Below are positions 37,793 through 52,299 of a DNA stretch of 64,000 bases, piece by piece. The translations under genes and the position numbers were made by a program. Source of the DNA: Octopus bimaculoides (lineage: Eukaryota); assembly GCF_001194135.2 (NCBI RefSeq), contig NC_069000.1:47326414-47390413 (forward strand), given 5' to 3'. How positions within the stretch are numbered: the stretch's first letter is position 1; each line of letters starts with the position of its first letter. The notes beneath the pieces are model-generated. The model was given only the letters and a program-made list of their open reading frames with translations, had not been told where the DNA came from and did no database searches.

Positions 37793-39029
37793 GTGTGTGT
37801 GTGAGAGAGAGAAAGAGAGTGTGTGTGTGTGTGTGTAAAAGAGGGTATGTGTTTGTGAGGGCAGTATGTGTTTACAATGTGTAGTTGTGTATGTATTTAA
37901 TGTGTATTGTGTGATTGTGTAATGATACACACACACACACATATATGTAAGCGTATAACAGCCGTGTATACTTTTATACTTTATGGTCGTGTTGTTCTAT
38001 TCTCCGGTCAGCCCAGGTTGAATAGTTTGTGATCAAAGGCATTCTAGCCGTGACCAATCCATATTTCCAGACAGTTTATTTCTGACAATCACAAAACAGC
38101 ACCTTCACCCCCAACCCCGTTTTATCTTCTTTTTTTTTTTTTTTAAAAGGATGGTAGACTAATTAAAGTGATTTGGCTGCTATTTCTAGCTGGCTGTGCA
38201 ACTGACTACGTTGAGCTTTCTTCTATATGTTGTTATATGTGTAAAAAATGTGGTGAATATCAGTGGTGTGTATGTAGGTGCGAAAGAGAGAGAGAGAGAG
38301 ATGAAGGAAGAAAAGAAAGACGGAGAGAGAGGAGGAGGATTAAAAGAAAGAGTTCATATATGGGGGGAAGGAGAGAGAAATCGTAAAAGGTAGAAGGGTA
38401 TCAGAAGATGTGGGGAGTAAGGGGCAGAGATGAATCAGAAGGGTGAAGTGAGGAGAGAGAGCGGAGGAAAAAGAGAAGGGACAATGATGATGCTGACCAT
38501 TAAAGATGAATGAATGAAAGAAGGAGAGGGACCGGTAAAGAGGGAGCTGGATGATGACCACGGGAGAACGGGGCTAATATCATATGATAGAAGGATCAAA
38601 AGAAATATATAAGGTGTAGAAGGAGAGGGAGAAAGGAAGAAAAATGAGAGATAATGAAAAAAAAATGAGGATTGTAAGAAGGACAGAGAGAGAGTTCGAT
38701 GATGATAAGAAAGAAAAAGGACAGAGAAATAAGGAAGGGGGGACGAGTGAGGAGAGCCAAAAGGAGGAAGAGGGAGTAATGTGTGTCAGTTAAAAAAAAT
38801 ATCGAAAGGTACGCTTCGCTTGACCATTAATAAGGTGTGGTTTGTTTCATCTTTACATCTTTGGTTGACAACGCCCTTGGCTCGAATACTTAGGATGGAG
38901 AGAGAGAGAGGAGAGATAGGGTGTTTTGGTCTTCATGCAGTTCTCAGCAACATTAGAAAGTCGAGCCATCACTAAAAAATAATAGCTAAATCCCCTTTAA
39001 ATCAACCCTACTGCCTTTAAAAAAGGACA

Positions 39030-39370
39030 CAGATGTAGTTCTAGATACACTATGAATACTAAAAATAGAACGGATTAAAATGGCTTGATTACTGGATTAG
39101 GACTGACCTAGGGCTAAACAATTACAACTACACGTTACATAATTTAGTCTTAAACAATATCTTTAAAAAAACAGACAGGGTGGCCATAGTTGGAACATTG
39201 TTTCATGATAGGTTTGGAGTCGGGACTAATCTGGAGCATAACAATTAACTAAACGCTATACAATGTAATCTAACACAATGTTTAGATAAAAGACAGGGTG
39301 GTCATGGTTGGAACATCATTATTCATAGGTCTGGTGGATCAGGACTGACTTGGGATTGAACAATAACATA
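39030..39370 (+). repeat. Three tandem diverged ~120-bp SINE-derived units
   Basis: The pattern agacagggtggYcatRgttggaacat...ggactRa...aacaa recurs at ~39065 (most diverged), 39172 and 39292. Confidence 0.65.
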
Positions 39371-40034
39371 AAGAAATGAAACGGTATGGCCTCAGTTAGG
39401 AATTGAAACTGGACCGTTGGGGTCGGCTAAGCGAGAACTTACCTCAATTTTATGCTGCAATGGATTGTTGTCGATTGGTAAATCTCGTTCTTTGGTTTGT
39501 CTCTAACACACGTCTATGTGTAGACGATTATACACGTGTGTGTCAGAGTGTATCTGCATACGCGGGTGTATGTAAATATATATATAAACAACGATATGAG
39601 ACTGGTTCCGTGTGTAACGGTGTTGATATCACAGACCACACACACTTCCACACGTGTTTGTACACAGCTTTACACAACTGTGTGTGTGTTTCAAAAAAAA
39701 GTTCTATACGGAAGTGCGTATGTTAAAGTATGTATAAATGAGTATGCGGTTGAATGAAAGAAAAAGTAAAGAAAGAAGGGGGACGAGTGTTCAAACCTGG
39801 GAACGGGACAACCAGCAAGTTGTGTATCTCGACGCCTGAAACATCATCACCAAATTAAACTTAGCTTGGAATCGAACCATTTTCCATGAAGGTAGATTAA
39901 AATGTTACTTTGATCTTGGCCCAAAATGCTGATTAGTTGTAGAAAGAAGTCTTACACATTGAACTAACTTTATATCATGCGCTGCAGCATGGCCCAACCC
40001 ATTAGCTTCGATCAATGTGTAAAACAGACAGATA

Positions 40035-40960
40035 GATATGTAAGGCCTAAATATCTGACTCCAAAACGTCACACTTGCAGGGAGTTTAAAATTCAAATGA
40101 TGGGAGAATATTTAGTTTCTCTTGTTTACAAATCCCCATTTACAAATCCGTAAATTATCGTAAATTCGTTAATTTTCAGGAACCTAACCAACTTCACGGA
40201 ATATTTCTGGGGGGGGGGGAACTGTTGTGTTGAAACAACATTTATATTTTTGACAGTTTCTATCATTTCTATTTTAGTTATCGATTAACCCATCTGTAAA
40301 TGTATTGCAATTAAGGAGAATCAGTTTTATCATTCATCAATCAATTATCTCCCTCTGTTGGTTTAGGTTTAATAAAATTTAAGGTCGAGCTCATATATTA
40401 AGGGAATAATTACAGTTTGGTGCCCCCAGATTTGCTCTTTTTTTTGTAATTATCTGAATATCGTACATTTCTCAATAAAAGTTTGTAAATATGTTTTGGG
40501 GGCTGTAATTAATGGTTTATGTTGATAAAAATTTACAAAAATATTTTATTGAGAAATTTTAGATCCTTCTACTCATCTGCATTTTTCACTTTCTGTTTAA
40601 AACATCGTCATTTCGATTTGAACTCTCGAAAATGTATTTCTGCAAAACTTTGTTCAAAAATAAGCAGTTTGATGTGAATGATCCGAAAAATCTTAGATAG
40701 GAGAGGGATATGACAGAAAGTCCTTAATTTTTTTTTATTTCCCCACCAAGACTGTTTCTTGAAAACCTACCTTTGCAAAATTTCGTTAAAAAATATGTAT
40801 CCTTTAGAGAGTTATGAGGAAACAATTAATAGTGGCGCCATACCCCAGCGATTCCCATTGTACCCTACATGAAATTGCTAAGAACCATGTGTGTGACTTG
40901 GCGATTGTAAGGGGGCCATATCTGGTCAGTAAAACCCATATTTAGGCCTCGCTTACATAT
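40035..40960. mobile_element. Non-autonomous DNA transposon with terminal inverted repeats; partial second copy at ~44330-44510
   Basis: Left atatgtaaggcctaaatat versus right atatttaggcctcgcttacatat (3-bp indel). Internal segments aaacatcRtc...actctcgaa and gttatgaggaaaca are shared with 44385-44480. Confidence 0.55.
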
Positions 40961-43121
40961 GTAAAGTATTGTGTTGATGAATCAACACATGTGTGATACA
41001 AAGCTAAATGTGTGTGTCTAGCTAATTCTAATGTTCAAAAGTAGAAACCATTTATTAAAGCTTATAATATAGATGTAAGGTTAAAGCTGTTATACGTGGG
41101 TGGACATAGGATAAAGTTGGCTAAGTTTATGGAAATGTTCAGCATTGATGGACTGAGGCGAGAGTTCGGTGACCCTGAAGATTACACCACTTCAGAACTA
41201 CGGAAGGGAGGAGTTCTATGTGGTCGTTCAGTCTGTTAGAAATAGCGACCAAATTTCCTTCTTATCACTTTAAAAAATGAAGGCATTTTGAATAAAATAG
41301 TCCTAAGCATAAAAAAAGACGAATTGATCGTGGCTGGACTTTTTTTTATCATAGGCGTACTCGATCGAGGGCGGCTTAAGGACTAAACAACAACAACAAA
41401 CATAAAAGCCAACGAGAAAGTCTTTATGTGATCGTTCATACAAACATAGCAGCCAACCCTCCTCCGTCTAATCAGACTCCAATAACAACTCAAGAGGAAC
41501 GTTTAACAGTTATTTATATCATTGATCCCTTTAGGGTCTGCTGGGACCAGGAGCACAACCCTTTCCTCTTGAATATTTAAATTAATTGATTTTTAAAAAA
41601 ACAGAAACACCTAAATATCTTTAAATGAGTAAGATGGATTGTTTTTAACCATAGGTTGGCTCAATCAAGGTATCTGTCCCAGTGCTAAACAGCAATATAT
41701 ACACATACGTACATTCATATATCACACACGCTCACGAACTATATATATTGTAACGGCATGTAGCTACTCGTAAAAACAAGGATATATGTGGGGGCGGGGT
41801 AGAGGACCATGTAAAGATATGGGCACAACGAGCTTCTGCCCAGGAGCCGCACGGGTCTAGGGAGCCCAATTCTAATCTATGTATGCAGTCAATAAATACT
41901 ATAGGGCCCAGTGCATTGGTTTTCACAGGGGCCTATAATGTTAAGACGACAGTGCCTAAGATTCCAGTGCAAAGGCATTCCACTGGTGACCATACCATTT
42001 TTTTGAGTGTGTGGTGGTTGGGGGTGCTGTGTTATTCAATGTGTGTTTTTTAATTCTCAAGAAGATATGGTGTGATCTAAGGTAGATTTAGTCACTATTT
42101 CTAGCAAATCAAACAACCAGAGTGGCTTCCTAGTTGGCTTCATGTAACGACATGTTAGTTGGGGAGGTGTGGGTGTTCAATAAATGCCACAGAAGATATT
42201 ACAGCTCTGTGTGTGAGTGTGTGTGTGTGTGTGCACCATTTAATGTATACAAGTATAAGCAAGATATACACACGTTACATATATATATTATATATTGTGA
42301 CATGCATAACAATAGAATAGAAATACAAGTTAAAAGTCCCCAACATTTTGATCATAGCGTAATGTTACAGTAGGGGTCACAGCGTCATGGTAGGGGCCAC
42401 TGCGTTACCGCCGTGGTCACAATGTGATGTGCTGTTACAATAGTGGTCACAGTGTGGAGTTACACCAATGATCATTGCGTTACAACATTGGTCGTAGCGG
42501 TGGTCACTGTGTACCATGTACACAACATGAAATATTAATCACTAGCTTCTATATCACCGTTTGTCTTTTACCTGAATATGTCGAGGATTACCTGTCCTCG
42601 AACTATTTACTGTACATATATAACGTGTGTGTGTATGTGTACATACATATATACGTACATTCTCGCACGCACACATACGCATATAGACACACACACACAT
42701 TTGTATGACGGTATAAATTCGTGTGCTCATCTGAGTACTTTAAATATGTGTGTGTATGTATACTTTCTATTATGTGTAGATTAATGGTATAGTGATGACT
42801 ACGTGTTTAATATGTATTCATGTGTATGTTTGAATACTCATTTCCAATATATACGTCTGTTCGAGTGTGTATGTGTGCTGCTGGTGTAAATATTAATGAT
42901 ACACGCACATGTACGTATGTGTATAATTATGTATTTGACACATGTGTCTACCGCCAATACAGATGAAGAACGTTTGAGATGTGTGTATTATATGCACGTG
43001 TGTATATAAGTGTTTTAATATTTGTTACTAGCACGCATCTCTGGTTAAATACATCAATGTGAATATGTGATCAATAATTTATATATATATATATCCACCA
43101 CGCATACACGCGTGTATGTAC

Positions 43122-43159
<38 letters not shown>

Positions 43160-43291
43160 TATCATCCAGAAATATTTTATTCTTTTTATTTTAATTCTTA
43201 GCCTCTCCAGATTATATAACATAGTAAACATCTAATACAATATATGTTACAATAATTCAGTGAAAAGGAGTATATTTTACAAATATACAAG

Positions 43292-43372
43292 TCCTGGGGT
43301 CGATTTGCTCGACTAAAGGCGGTGCTCCAGCCTGGCCGCAGTCAAATGACTGAAACAAGTAAAAGAATAAAA
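43292..43372 (-). mobile_element. Young SINE-family fragment, inverted relative to the copy at 45675-45860
   Basis: gtcctggggtcgatttgctcgactaaaggcggtgctccagcctggccgcagtcaaatgac is the near reverse complement of catttgactgcagccatgctggagcaccgcctttagtcgaacaaattgatcccaggac. Confidence 0.8.
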
Positions 43373-44882
43373 GAATATGTGTGTGTGTGTGTTAAAAGTC
43401 AATTGTTAAAAGAACTGTACATCGGGACATTTGACTGTGGCCAAAGTCAAGCACCCCGCTACACACACCTGTGTTCCACCCGTAATTCCTGATCGTAATA
43501 TACAAGATAAACAAGGAACGTCAGCATCATTATTATCGTCATCATTGTTATTGTAATCGTCGTCATCTTCCTACACCTAGCTTTGGTATCGAAACTCGCA
43601 CCCCGACACCACTCAAACTTGTAGTCACACACACACACACACATATGCATGTGTGTGTTTGTGTTTGTATTTATGTTTATTTGTAATACTTTTTTCCCTT
43701 TTACGCAGATATTACACACACACACACACAGAGGCATCGAAAGAGAGAGGTGGGGGAGAGACATCCACACAATGGAGACTACACTGTCGTGTGACCTGTT
43801 AGATATAGCAACCAAATACCCTACCACATAATGAAGGACATGTACAATGAGCAATGTAGTCGAAGAGATAAAAAAAAATTAAAAGAATACGGAATGGTCA
43901 GCAGAGGAACGTCTTTAATCGTAGTCCTGCTTGCTCAGAGTTGGCATGGGGCTCAGGGACTAACTGTCACGCCACTCAAAGTATGCAACCGAAAGTCCTT
44001 CACAAGTCGGGTGGATGGCACATCTGAAATTATGGATTGCTGAACCAAATCTTATATTCTGGTGTGCTATATAGATCAAAACTGTCCGAGTGCAAAGTAG
44101 TAATAACAACATGTACGACACAAAATAGAGAAAGAAACATTGTATGACTACAGTTTGATACCCCAGACTTCGTTGCCTCAACTTCCTGAACATTGCGTAT
44201 TTTGTAATGAGATTTTGCAAAGAAATGTTTTCGACGGCGTACATTACGTTTACGCCGATAAAATTTAGCAAATGTCTTTTGGAAGAGGTTCGGATAATTT
44301 TTTTTCTCTTCCCCACGATGTTCTTACCACCATTTTCCACAACTTTTGCATTAAAAAATTTTTTTCTCTTCGAATTAATACGTTTGAAACATCATCGTTA
44401 CGTGATCTACTCTCTCGAAGATGTGTTCTGCGAAACATCATTTCTGAATATTATATTTTTAAGAGGGTTATGAGGAAACAAATTCAGTGGGGCATCGAAC
44501 TGTACGTATGCCTACATATTCCTCGCATTTAATACTCATGTAACCACACACACACAGAAACTGATATGTGGTCGCTAGGCCAACTAGAAATAACTGCTGA
44601 GTCACCCTAAGATGACACTCAGCTATGAAAAAGGAAGGATATTTCAAAATATGGTCCTAAATAAAACTTTCATCAGAAATTCGATGGAATAGTCACGGCT
44701 TGATCTACCAGATCAAGGTTGACCAGACACTAAACAACAATCATATCAAACAATAGGAGAGCCTCATAATGATCGCTCAATATCCTAGAAATAGTAGCCA
44801 AATCTCTCTACTACTGGCATTTTTGGTATTTGATGTCAACAACTTGCTGCCTTCTCCCAAAATTTTAGGCATTGTGCCGATA

Positions 44883-45119
44883 TAGGAGAAAGAATTATTG
44901 ATTTCAAACTTTAGCATAAGGCCAGTAGTTTTGGGGGAAGGGTCTGAATCAAATACATCAACCCCAATACTTATTTTATTGACCCTAAAAGGATGAAAGG
45001 CAAAGATGACCTCAACAGAATTTGAACTCAGAACATAAAGATGAACAAAATGCTGCTAAGCATTTTGCCTGGCATCATAATGGTTCTATCAGCTCACTGC
45101 CTTAGGAGAAAGAATTATT
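44883..45119 (-). mobile_element. tRNA-derived SINE with perfect 17-bp TSD, followed by an inverted copy (45125-45300)
   Basis: TAGGAGAAAGAATTATT at 44883-44899 and 45103-45119 flanks the body ...gaccctaaaaggatgaaaggcaaagatgacctcaacagaatttgaactcag. Family copies occur at 48940, 54845, 57140, 59925 and 61290. Confidence 0.85.
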
Positions 45120-45862
45120 ATTATCATTAATGAGTTGACAAAATCATTGGCATGCTGGTCAAAATGCTTAGCAGCAATCCTTCCATGTCTTTACTTTCTA
45201 AGTTCAAATCCTGCTGAGGTCAACTTTGCCTTTCATCCTTTTGGGAACATTGAAAGCTGATGTAACTGACTGATTTCCTGCCACCTCCTAAAATTGCTGG
45301 CCATTTTTCTTTGTCATCCCAAGCTTCTGCTAAAAGAGAAGCAAAAACCTGGACAAAACATCACAAGAAAACTGAAGCTCAGAGGGAAAAAAAATCTGAA
45401 AATATAATTTAGATTCCGTGTGCAAAAGAGTAAGAATATAAAAGTACACGTCACACACGTGTAATATCCTCTGAAACATTTGTGACAAAGCTGTTGTTAA
45501 CCAAAGTAATTAATTATTTCACCTCACTGCCAGAAAAATACTAATTATGCAAATCAGACTTTTGCAGTCCCAGATGACTGACCCAATTAAAACAGAAACT
45601 GGCAAAACTGATCCCCCTTTTTCTGTCCACCAACACATTTTTACAAACATTTTTTAAAAAATTCTCTTTCTTGTTTCAGGCATTTGACTGCAGCCATGCT
45701 GGAGCACCGCCTTTAGTCGAACAAATTGATCCCAGGACTTATTCTTTGTAAGCCTGGTACTTATTTTGTTGGTCCCTTTTGCTGAGCTGCTAAGTTACAA
45801 GGATGTAAACACACCAACATCGGTTGTCAAGCAATGGTGGGGGGACAAATGCAGACACACAA

Positions 45863-45900
<38 letters not shown>

Positions 45901-45949
45901 TTTCATTCTGTTACTTGTTTCTGTCATTTGACTGGGTCCCATGTCTTCC

Positions 45950-46800
45950 TGGGACTATCCCTTCCACAGGTTCCCTCCACAGTTAGAAATCAGCACTTCT
46001 TCACACAACTGTCCTTGTCTATACACATCACATGACCATACCAGTGCTGACTGGCAGTTCAGAACATCTCAAGTTTCTGATCTTCATGCCGTAGGTCATT
46101 GGCAAAACTCTTCCTTTCTGCTTCTGTTCCAGCCAGACACACTTGACGCCTAGCTTCTCTGAAATGGTTCTTTGCTACCTCTACTCTTCCAGTCTTCCCA
46201 TGGGAAGGACTTTGCATTCAAGAGCATACACCTGTCCCTGTTTCTGGTGAGGATGCAGTCAACCTGGTTAGTGTACCCATAAGATTCATAAGTCATCAGA
46301 CGGCTGGCAGGTTTCCTGGAGTTCGTGTTGCAAACCATTAAGTCATTTGCATCACAAAACTCCAACTGCTTTGTTTCCCACTCTCTTTGGGAACAAAAGC
46401 CTTAGCTTTTATGTTCACCATGAAAACGATCAGAGTGTTTTCTACTGTGGTCATTGAAGTCTTCTGCCACAATGGGAACATTATTGTCTATCATTGTTGA
46501 GGTAATCTGCAGAAGGGATTCACAGAAACAGTCCTGAATATCTGTGAGTCTGACACATGGAGCATTTGCGAAGATTGACATTGTTACATTAAACAAGACT
46601 AATCTTAGCTCAATAATTCTATCACACACCCTGACTACCTCACTCACTTTATTCACCCATTTCTCTGCCAAAAGAATACCTATGCCATCTAATCCATCAT
46701 TACTTCCCATCCAAACGAACTTATGTCTTTTGCGAGCAGCTTACCTGAGGCTTCCCTCCATCATACCTCTTGCATACAGCACACATTTACATGCTTCTGC
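45950..46800 (-). mobile_element. RTE-clade LINE apurinic-endonuclease fragment
   Basis: GIGILLAEKWVNKVSEVVRVCDRIIELRL...AEDFNDH and EFCDANDLMVCNT...TNQVDCILTR are RTE endonuclease motifs, here frameshifted. Confidence 0.85.
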
Positions 46801-47494
46801 TAAAGCATTTCAACAATCTCACCAAACCTATGTTTCAATGTACTGCTGTTGATTGTGGCAGCTCTGATCTTATGAACCTGAGAAGCCCAGGAGGGAGATT
46901 GTGGGGATGTTTTCAGCACCTGGAAAGAAGATTTTAGCAGTCACTTGCCTGAAGATAGCAGGTCCTATGGCTTAGTGTAAGTTGGTACAGCTACAGGCTG
47001 CAGCATGGATTACAATTGTAATTACAATTTTCTTTGGTCCCGTAAAGCCTTTATGGATATGCAACTTTTTTGGGAGGTGGGGCAGGGTACATTACAAGTT
47101 TACAATGGTGATGCAGAAGTAGCCACACACACCATGATAATATATACTTCTAAATCGTCACCAGTCTTGCATTATAGACATATATACATAACTATACTCT
47201 CATATACATAAGTGCATACATGAACAATGCACGTGGAGACATGCATGTGGGTACCACATGCTGTTTAAATGCATTATATGTAGCCATATATTATGCATTT
47301 GTGAAAGCAATTCACAGGTTGTAAAACTTGTTAAGTGCACCATCTGTTTATCTGTCTATCTATATGTATACATGTACATTCATATACCTAAAGTGCATAA
47401 ATATCTGTCCATAATTCTCCAGTGAACATGTTCATACATGAGCAGGTTAAAAAAACATAAACAAACATAAAAATGTGCACACACACACACATAC

Positions 47495-47540
<46 letters not shown>

Positions 47541-47989
47541 ACATAAATATGTATGTATGTATATATGTATACAGATATGTATATAGACACACACTCAAAG
47601 TACATATACACATGCACACGCACACACAGCCACCTATATATCCTATTTGATATAATTACATTATTGCAAGGCAAATTTCCTGCAGTATTCATCCAGAGGT
47701 AACATCTCTTATGAACTTGCTGTGTTAAAAACACCAAAATATATGAGTAGCAGACAAAAATCACCCAGCAGCAGCAGCAGGAATGCTAAATCAGCAACTT
47801 TACCAGCCTTTGATGGATGCAGCAGGTTGTAATGGATTATATTTTACGTGTAACATTAAGATACATATACACCCACATATATACATTGATATGGATTTAT
47901 GCAGATATTCATCATGTATATATTTTAAAGATATGAACTGAGAAAGGTGCATTCCACAAGTATTGAGACTTTTCAGGAGAGACATAAAT

Positions 47990-48460
47990 TTCAAAGAAGT
48001 TCAAAACCCTCATCCTTTTTCAAAGTAGGGGCCTCTAACTTCAAGGCACTTGTTGTAGCACTCTAAACACTTTGTGAAGGTGCCTCGGAAGTCCTCCAAA
48101 GTGAAGATGTCCAACCAGGACCCTTGTCACAGCCTCCTTCATCTTGGGGAATAATCAGAAGTCACAGGGAACATAGTGTGGACTGTAAGCAAGATGGGGG
48201 ACAACAGTGTTGACGCCAACCTCTGCCAAGGTGTTGATTAACTGGATGGAATTGTGAACTGCAGGTGTTTTGGCCCTTTGCAACGAAATCTCTCCTTGAA
48301 CTCTCCCAAAACCTCCACAAAGATCTCTTTGACAGTTTGGCCAGAGGGAGCCCAGTGGATGCAGATGATGCCCTTGCTATTGAAAAAGAGGATCATCACG
48401 ACTTTCCTGGTGGACTTGTTTTGCTTGGACACTTTGTGCCAGTGAAACAACAATACAACT
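47990..48460 (-). mobile_element. Mariner transposase catalytic and C-terminal remnant
   Basis: KVVMILFFNSKGIICIHWAPSGQTVKEIFVEVLGEFKERFR, then AYSPHYVPCDF*LFPKMK (degenerate YSPDLAPCDF), then CLECYNKCLEVRGPYFE. Confidence 0.85.
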
Positions 48461-48499
48461 TTATCGATAAGCAGTCTGCTTATGGATAGGTAGGTAAGT

Positions 48500-48537
<38 letters not shown>

Positions 48538-48585
48538 GTCTATCTATCTATTTATCTATATATANNNNNNNNNNGATAAGCAGAC

Positions 48586-48593
48586 AAACAGAC

Positions 48594-48648
<55 letters not shown>
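48586..48648. repeat. (GATA)n/(GACA)n tetranucleotide microsatellite
   Basis: Directly visible. Confidence 0.95.
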
Positions 48649-48649
<1 letters not shown>

Positions 48650-48895
48650 CGGTAGATTAATAGCTATAGTTAGACAGAGACAGACAGACAGGCACCTAGA
48701 TAATGAGTTGATATAAATTAGCAGTGAGACTAGCTGTAGCAGCAGCTACAGCTGTAGTGATGGTTGTGGTGGTGACGGCAGCAGGGGTGGTGGTGACAGT
48801 AGTAGTAGTAGTAGTAGTAGTAGTAATCAGCAGATTCACTTATGGAATGGAGAACTTGGAAGGAAACCAAAAACAAGGACATCATCACAACAACC

Positions 48896-48931
<36 letters not shown>

Positions 48932-49974
48932 CCTCTCTACTATAGGCACAAGGCCTGAAATTTTGTGGGGTGGGGCTAGTTGATTACATCAACCCCAGTG
49001 CTTAACTGGTACTTATTTCATTGACCCTGAAAGGATGAAAAGCAAAGTTAACCTCAGTGGGATTTGAACCCCTAATGCAATGAGTGAAATAAAATAGCCC
49101 ATAGTATTTTTTCAGACCCTTTAACACCTCTGCTTGTCTCCCCACCCCCTCGAAATAATAATCCGTACTATGTTTCTAGTATGACTCTCCCATCTCCAAC
49201 CCTCCCCCTCCTTACATCTTTCCAGCCTCATCACACACAACTAACATATATATTCACTCTGCTTGTGAACACCTACCGCACACCCATTCTGCTGCATATC
49301 AACAAATTGATTAAGAAATTAATGTTATTACAGATTATGTTCCTCCACCTGCCATACAGATACATGCCTGTCATACAGGGACACACCTGTCATACTGACA
49401 TAAGCCTGTCAAATTGACACACAGTTGTTGTAGTTACACACCTTTCATACAGACATACACTTGTCATACAGAGACACACCTTTCATATACACATATACAG
49501 ACACACACCTGTCGTACAGACACACACGTCATACTGACACATATATAGACCTGGCATATATAGACACAGACTCTGTATGTGTGTGTGTGTATGCATGTAA
49601 ATGTGTGTGTGTGTGTTCAGATTTTTGTTCCACAGAAGTCATTACAAAAGATGTCATTCTCACTTTTCCTATGAAGAAAATTGTTCTTATTTCATACTTT
49701 TGGAGATTGTAAGAGATCCCTCACTTGGAAAACAGTTAAGGGTTAGTGACAGGAAAAGTATCCTGCTGTAAAACAGTACCTCACAAAAATGTTCATCTAA
49801 TCCATGCTAACTTAGGAAAATGGATATAAAATAAGTGATGACAATAATGATAATGTAGGAACAGGAAAAGTCCCATTGTTGTTGTTGTTATGGCAATGGA
49901 TAAGCAGAATCATTAGAATTCTGAATGAAATGCATTGCAGTTTTTATGTAAAAGTGCATGGCTTAGTGGTTTAG

Positions 49975-50270
49975 GGTATTTAGCTCATGGTTGGCAGTTT
50001 GTGAGTTCAATTCGTAGTAGCATATTGTGTCCTTGGGTAAGAAACTTTATTTCATTTTGCTCCAGTCCACTCAGTTGGCAAAAATGAATTCAACCAGTAT
50101 TTCAAGGGCCAGCTTTGTCACATTCTGTTTCATGCTAACTCTCCTTGAGAATCACATTAAGAGTACACATGTCTAGGGAGCGCTCATCTGTTTGCACGTT
50201 AATCTCATGAACAGGCTGTTCGGTTAATTTGACTAGCTGGAACCTTCTTCATTGTAACCGGTTGAGTGCC
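49975..50270 (+). mobile_element. tRNA-headed CORE-type SINE
   Basis: A-box/B-box-like head (ggcttagtggtt...gagttcaattc) followed by tgtgtccttgggtaagaaactttatt. Related copies at ~52070-52290 and ~57630-57980. Confidence 0.7.
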
Positions 50271-52299
50271 ATAATTATTCTCTTGGTGAACATTGGTCAA
50301 AGTGTTTTACCGATATTAGCTGCTGGAATTGAAGAGCAAATAAAGTGTACTCGATTAACGAATTATCAGAAGATCTCTAAGTAAAGAGTAGGGTTGGAGT
50401 TGAGGTGTTGCATAGGGGTCAGGGTGTGACAAGGTGGAGCAGATTATCATGGATATGAAAGGAACAGGTCTTTACAGCAGTGATATTATGATGGGAGAAA
50501 GGGAAGAGGCCAATGTAATGCTGTATTCCTTTAAAAATAAGGTAAACGTTTACTGCCGTGGTGGTTGGTGGAGTTTTAAAAGTGGTCTTCTTTCCTTCCT
50601 TCCTATCTCTTGACTATATGGCCATTAGGGCATTTGTTGATGAGGTCACAACCAGATTCCACCACTTCCCTCAGATTTCTGCTGCCCTCTGTGAATCAGT
50701 GAAATTGAGGCCTGCTCCCTCTCTGATGGTAACCCAGGCAAGAACTAATCTGGTATGGGTTCTGGTCTGGTTGTCATCATCGTGAATGTAATATCATGGA
50801 TAAGTTAGCTTGGCATCCACCCATATTGCTCCCCCATGCTGTTAGTCACAACCGCAGGCCTTTACTCGAGACATGGTTTTTGCCTGTTGTTTACATTCAA
50901 GCCTGATCGATCAGATTTACGATCAAAGGAAATCCCAAAATGACCATCATGTCTTTTACGACTAACTAGGACTACCATTTTATAATGTGCCCTTGAGGGA
51001 GATATGATTGCAATTTCAGGCACTTCGAGTAACCAGTTTCTTAGTATGAGACCGTAGGCAAAATCAAAGCTGGGCCCAAGTCTACGTATATTAGAAATGG
51101 TACACACACACACACATGTATCTATTCCCTTTATATTCTTTACCGCTTTACTAAACATTCCACTCCACTTCCCGCTCACCGCCGCCACCATCATCACCAT
51201 CACTATACACCTCCTACCACGGCTTGAATCCATTCTCCCACTACCATCTTCCCCCTCACCTGATCACTCATCTCCCCCACCACCATCACCGTCTGTTATT
51301 ACTACTGCTACCACTACCCTAACTACTAATCCATCCTCCCACCACCATCATCACAACAAAAGTTGCTACCACCTCTCTAATTTATACTCCCACCATCACC
51401 AACAACTTTGTCCGTTTTGTCGTCCATGTTTAGAGTAGTTTTGTTAACGAATGTCAGCTTCTACAGATTCTGTGAGAGAAAGAGAGGCGAAGTCTGTGTG
51501 AGACTAAGTCTTATGTGTGTGTGTGTCTGTATGCCAACGTGTGAATCTTCATGTGTGTATATGCTTGATTATGTGTAACTGCGGGTATCTGTCACTACGC
51601 GCGCGCGCATGTGTCAATGTCACTATTTGATATGTGTGTGAATGTTCGTCAATCTCTGTGCCCATGTGTATGACTGTGTGTGTGTGAGACTACCTATGTC
51701 CGTGTGACAATATTTGTCTATGCCTGCGGAACTGTGTGTAATTATTTGTTATTGAGCGAATAATATAATAATTATGTATGTGACTGCATAAGTGTGCGCG
51801 TGTGTATGACTGTCTATGCGTAACTGTGTATGTATGACTGCCTATGTATGTATATGTGATTATCAATGTTATTCTGTGTGTAATTATGTGTACGTTTTTA
51901 ATGACTGCATCTCATCTCTGTGTATGTGTGCATGACTGTGTGTGTGTGCATGACTGTGTGTGTGCACACGGTTATGTTGTATGACTGTTAATGGCTGAGT
52001 GTGTGACTATATGTATATGTGTGTGTGTGTGAGTGCGTGCGTGTAACGAAAGTTAAGTTTGGACACATCATAATTAAATGGTTATGAGCTCCACCTCGCA
52101 ACACTGAGGTTCCAGGTTCTCTTCCACTGTGTGCCGTCTTGTAAGTGGAACTGGGTTTGTGGAAACTGTGTGGAAGCCTTTCTGATGGATTGTAGCTGTA
52201 ATACAAAGGTCCAGCTTTGTCACAAATTCTACCTGAGAATTACATTAAAGGTACATGAGTCTGAAGTGCACTCTGTCACTTCATATGAATACAATAGTG

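Noticed and set aside
50862-51438. 123-aa and 113-aa ORFs with signal-peptide-like or Pro/His-rich stretches
   Set aside because: Composed of a SINE remnant plus (CAC/CAT)n repeats.
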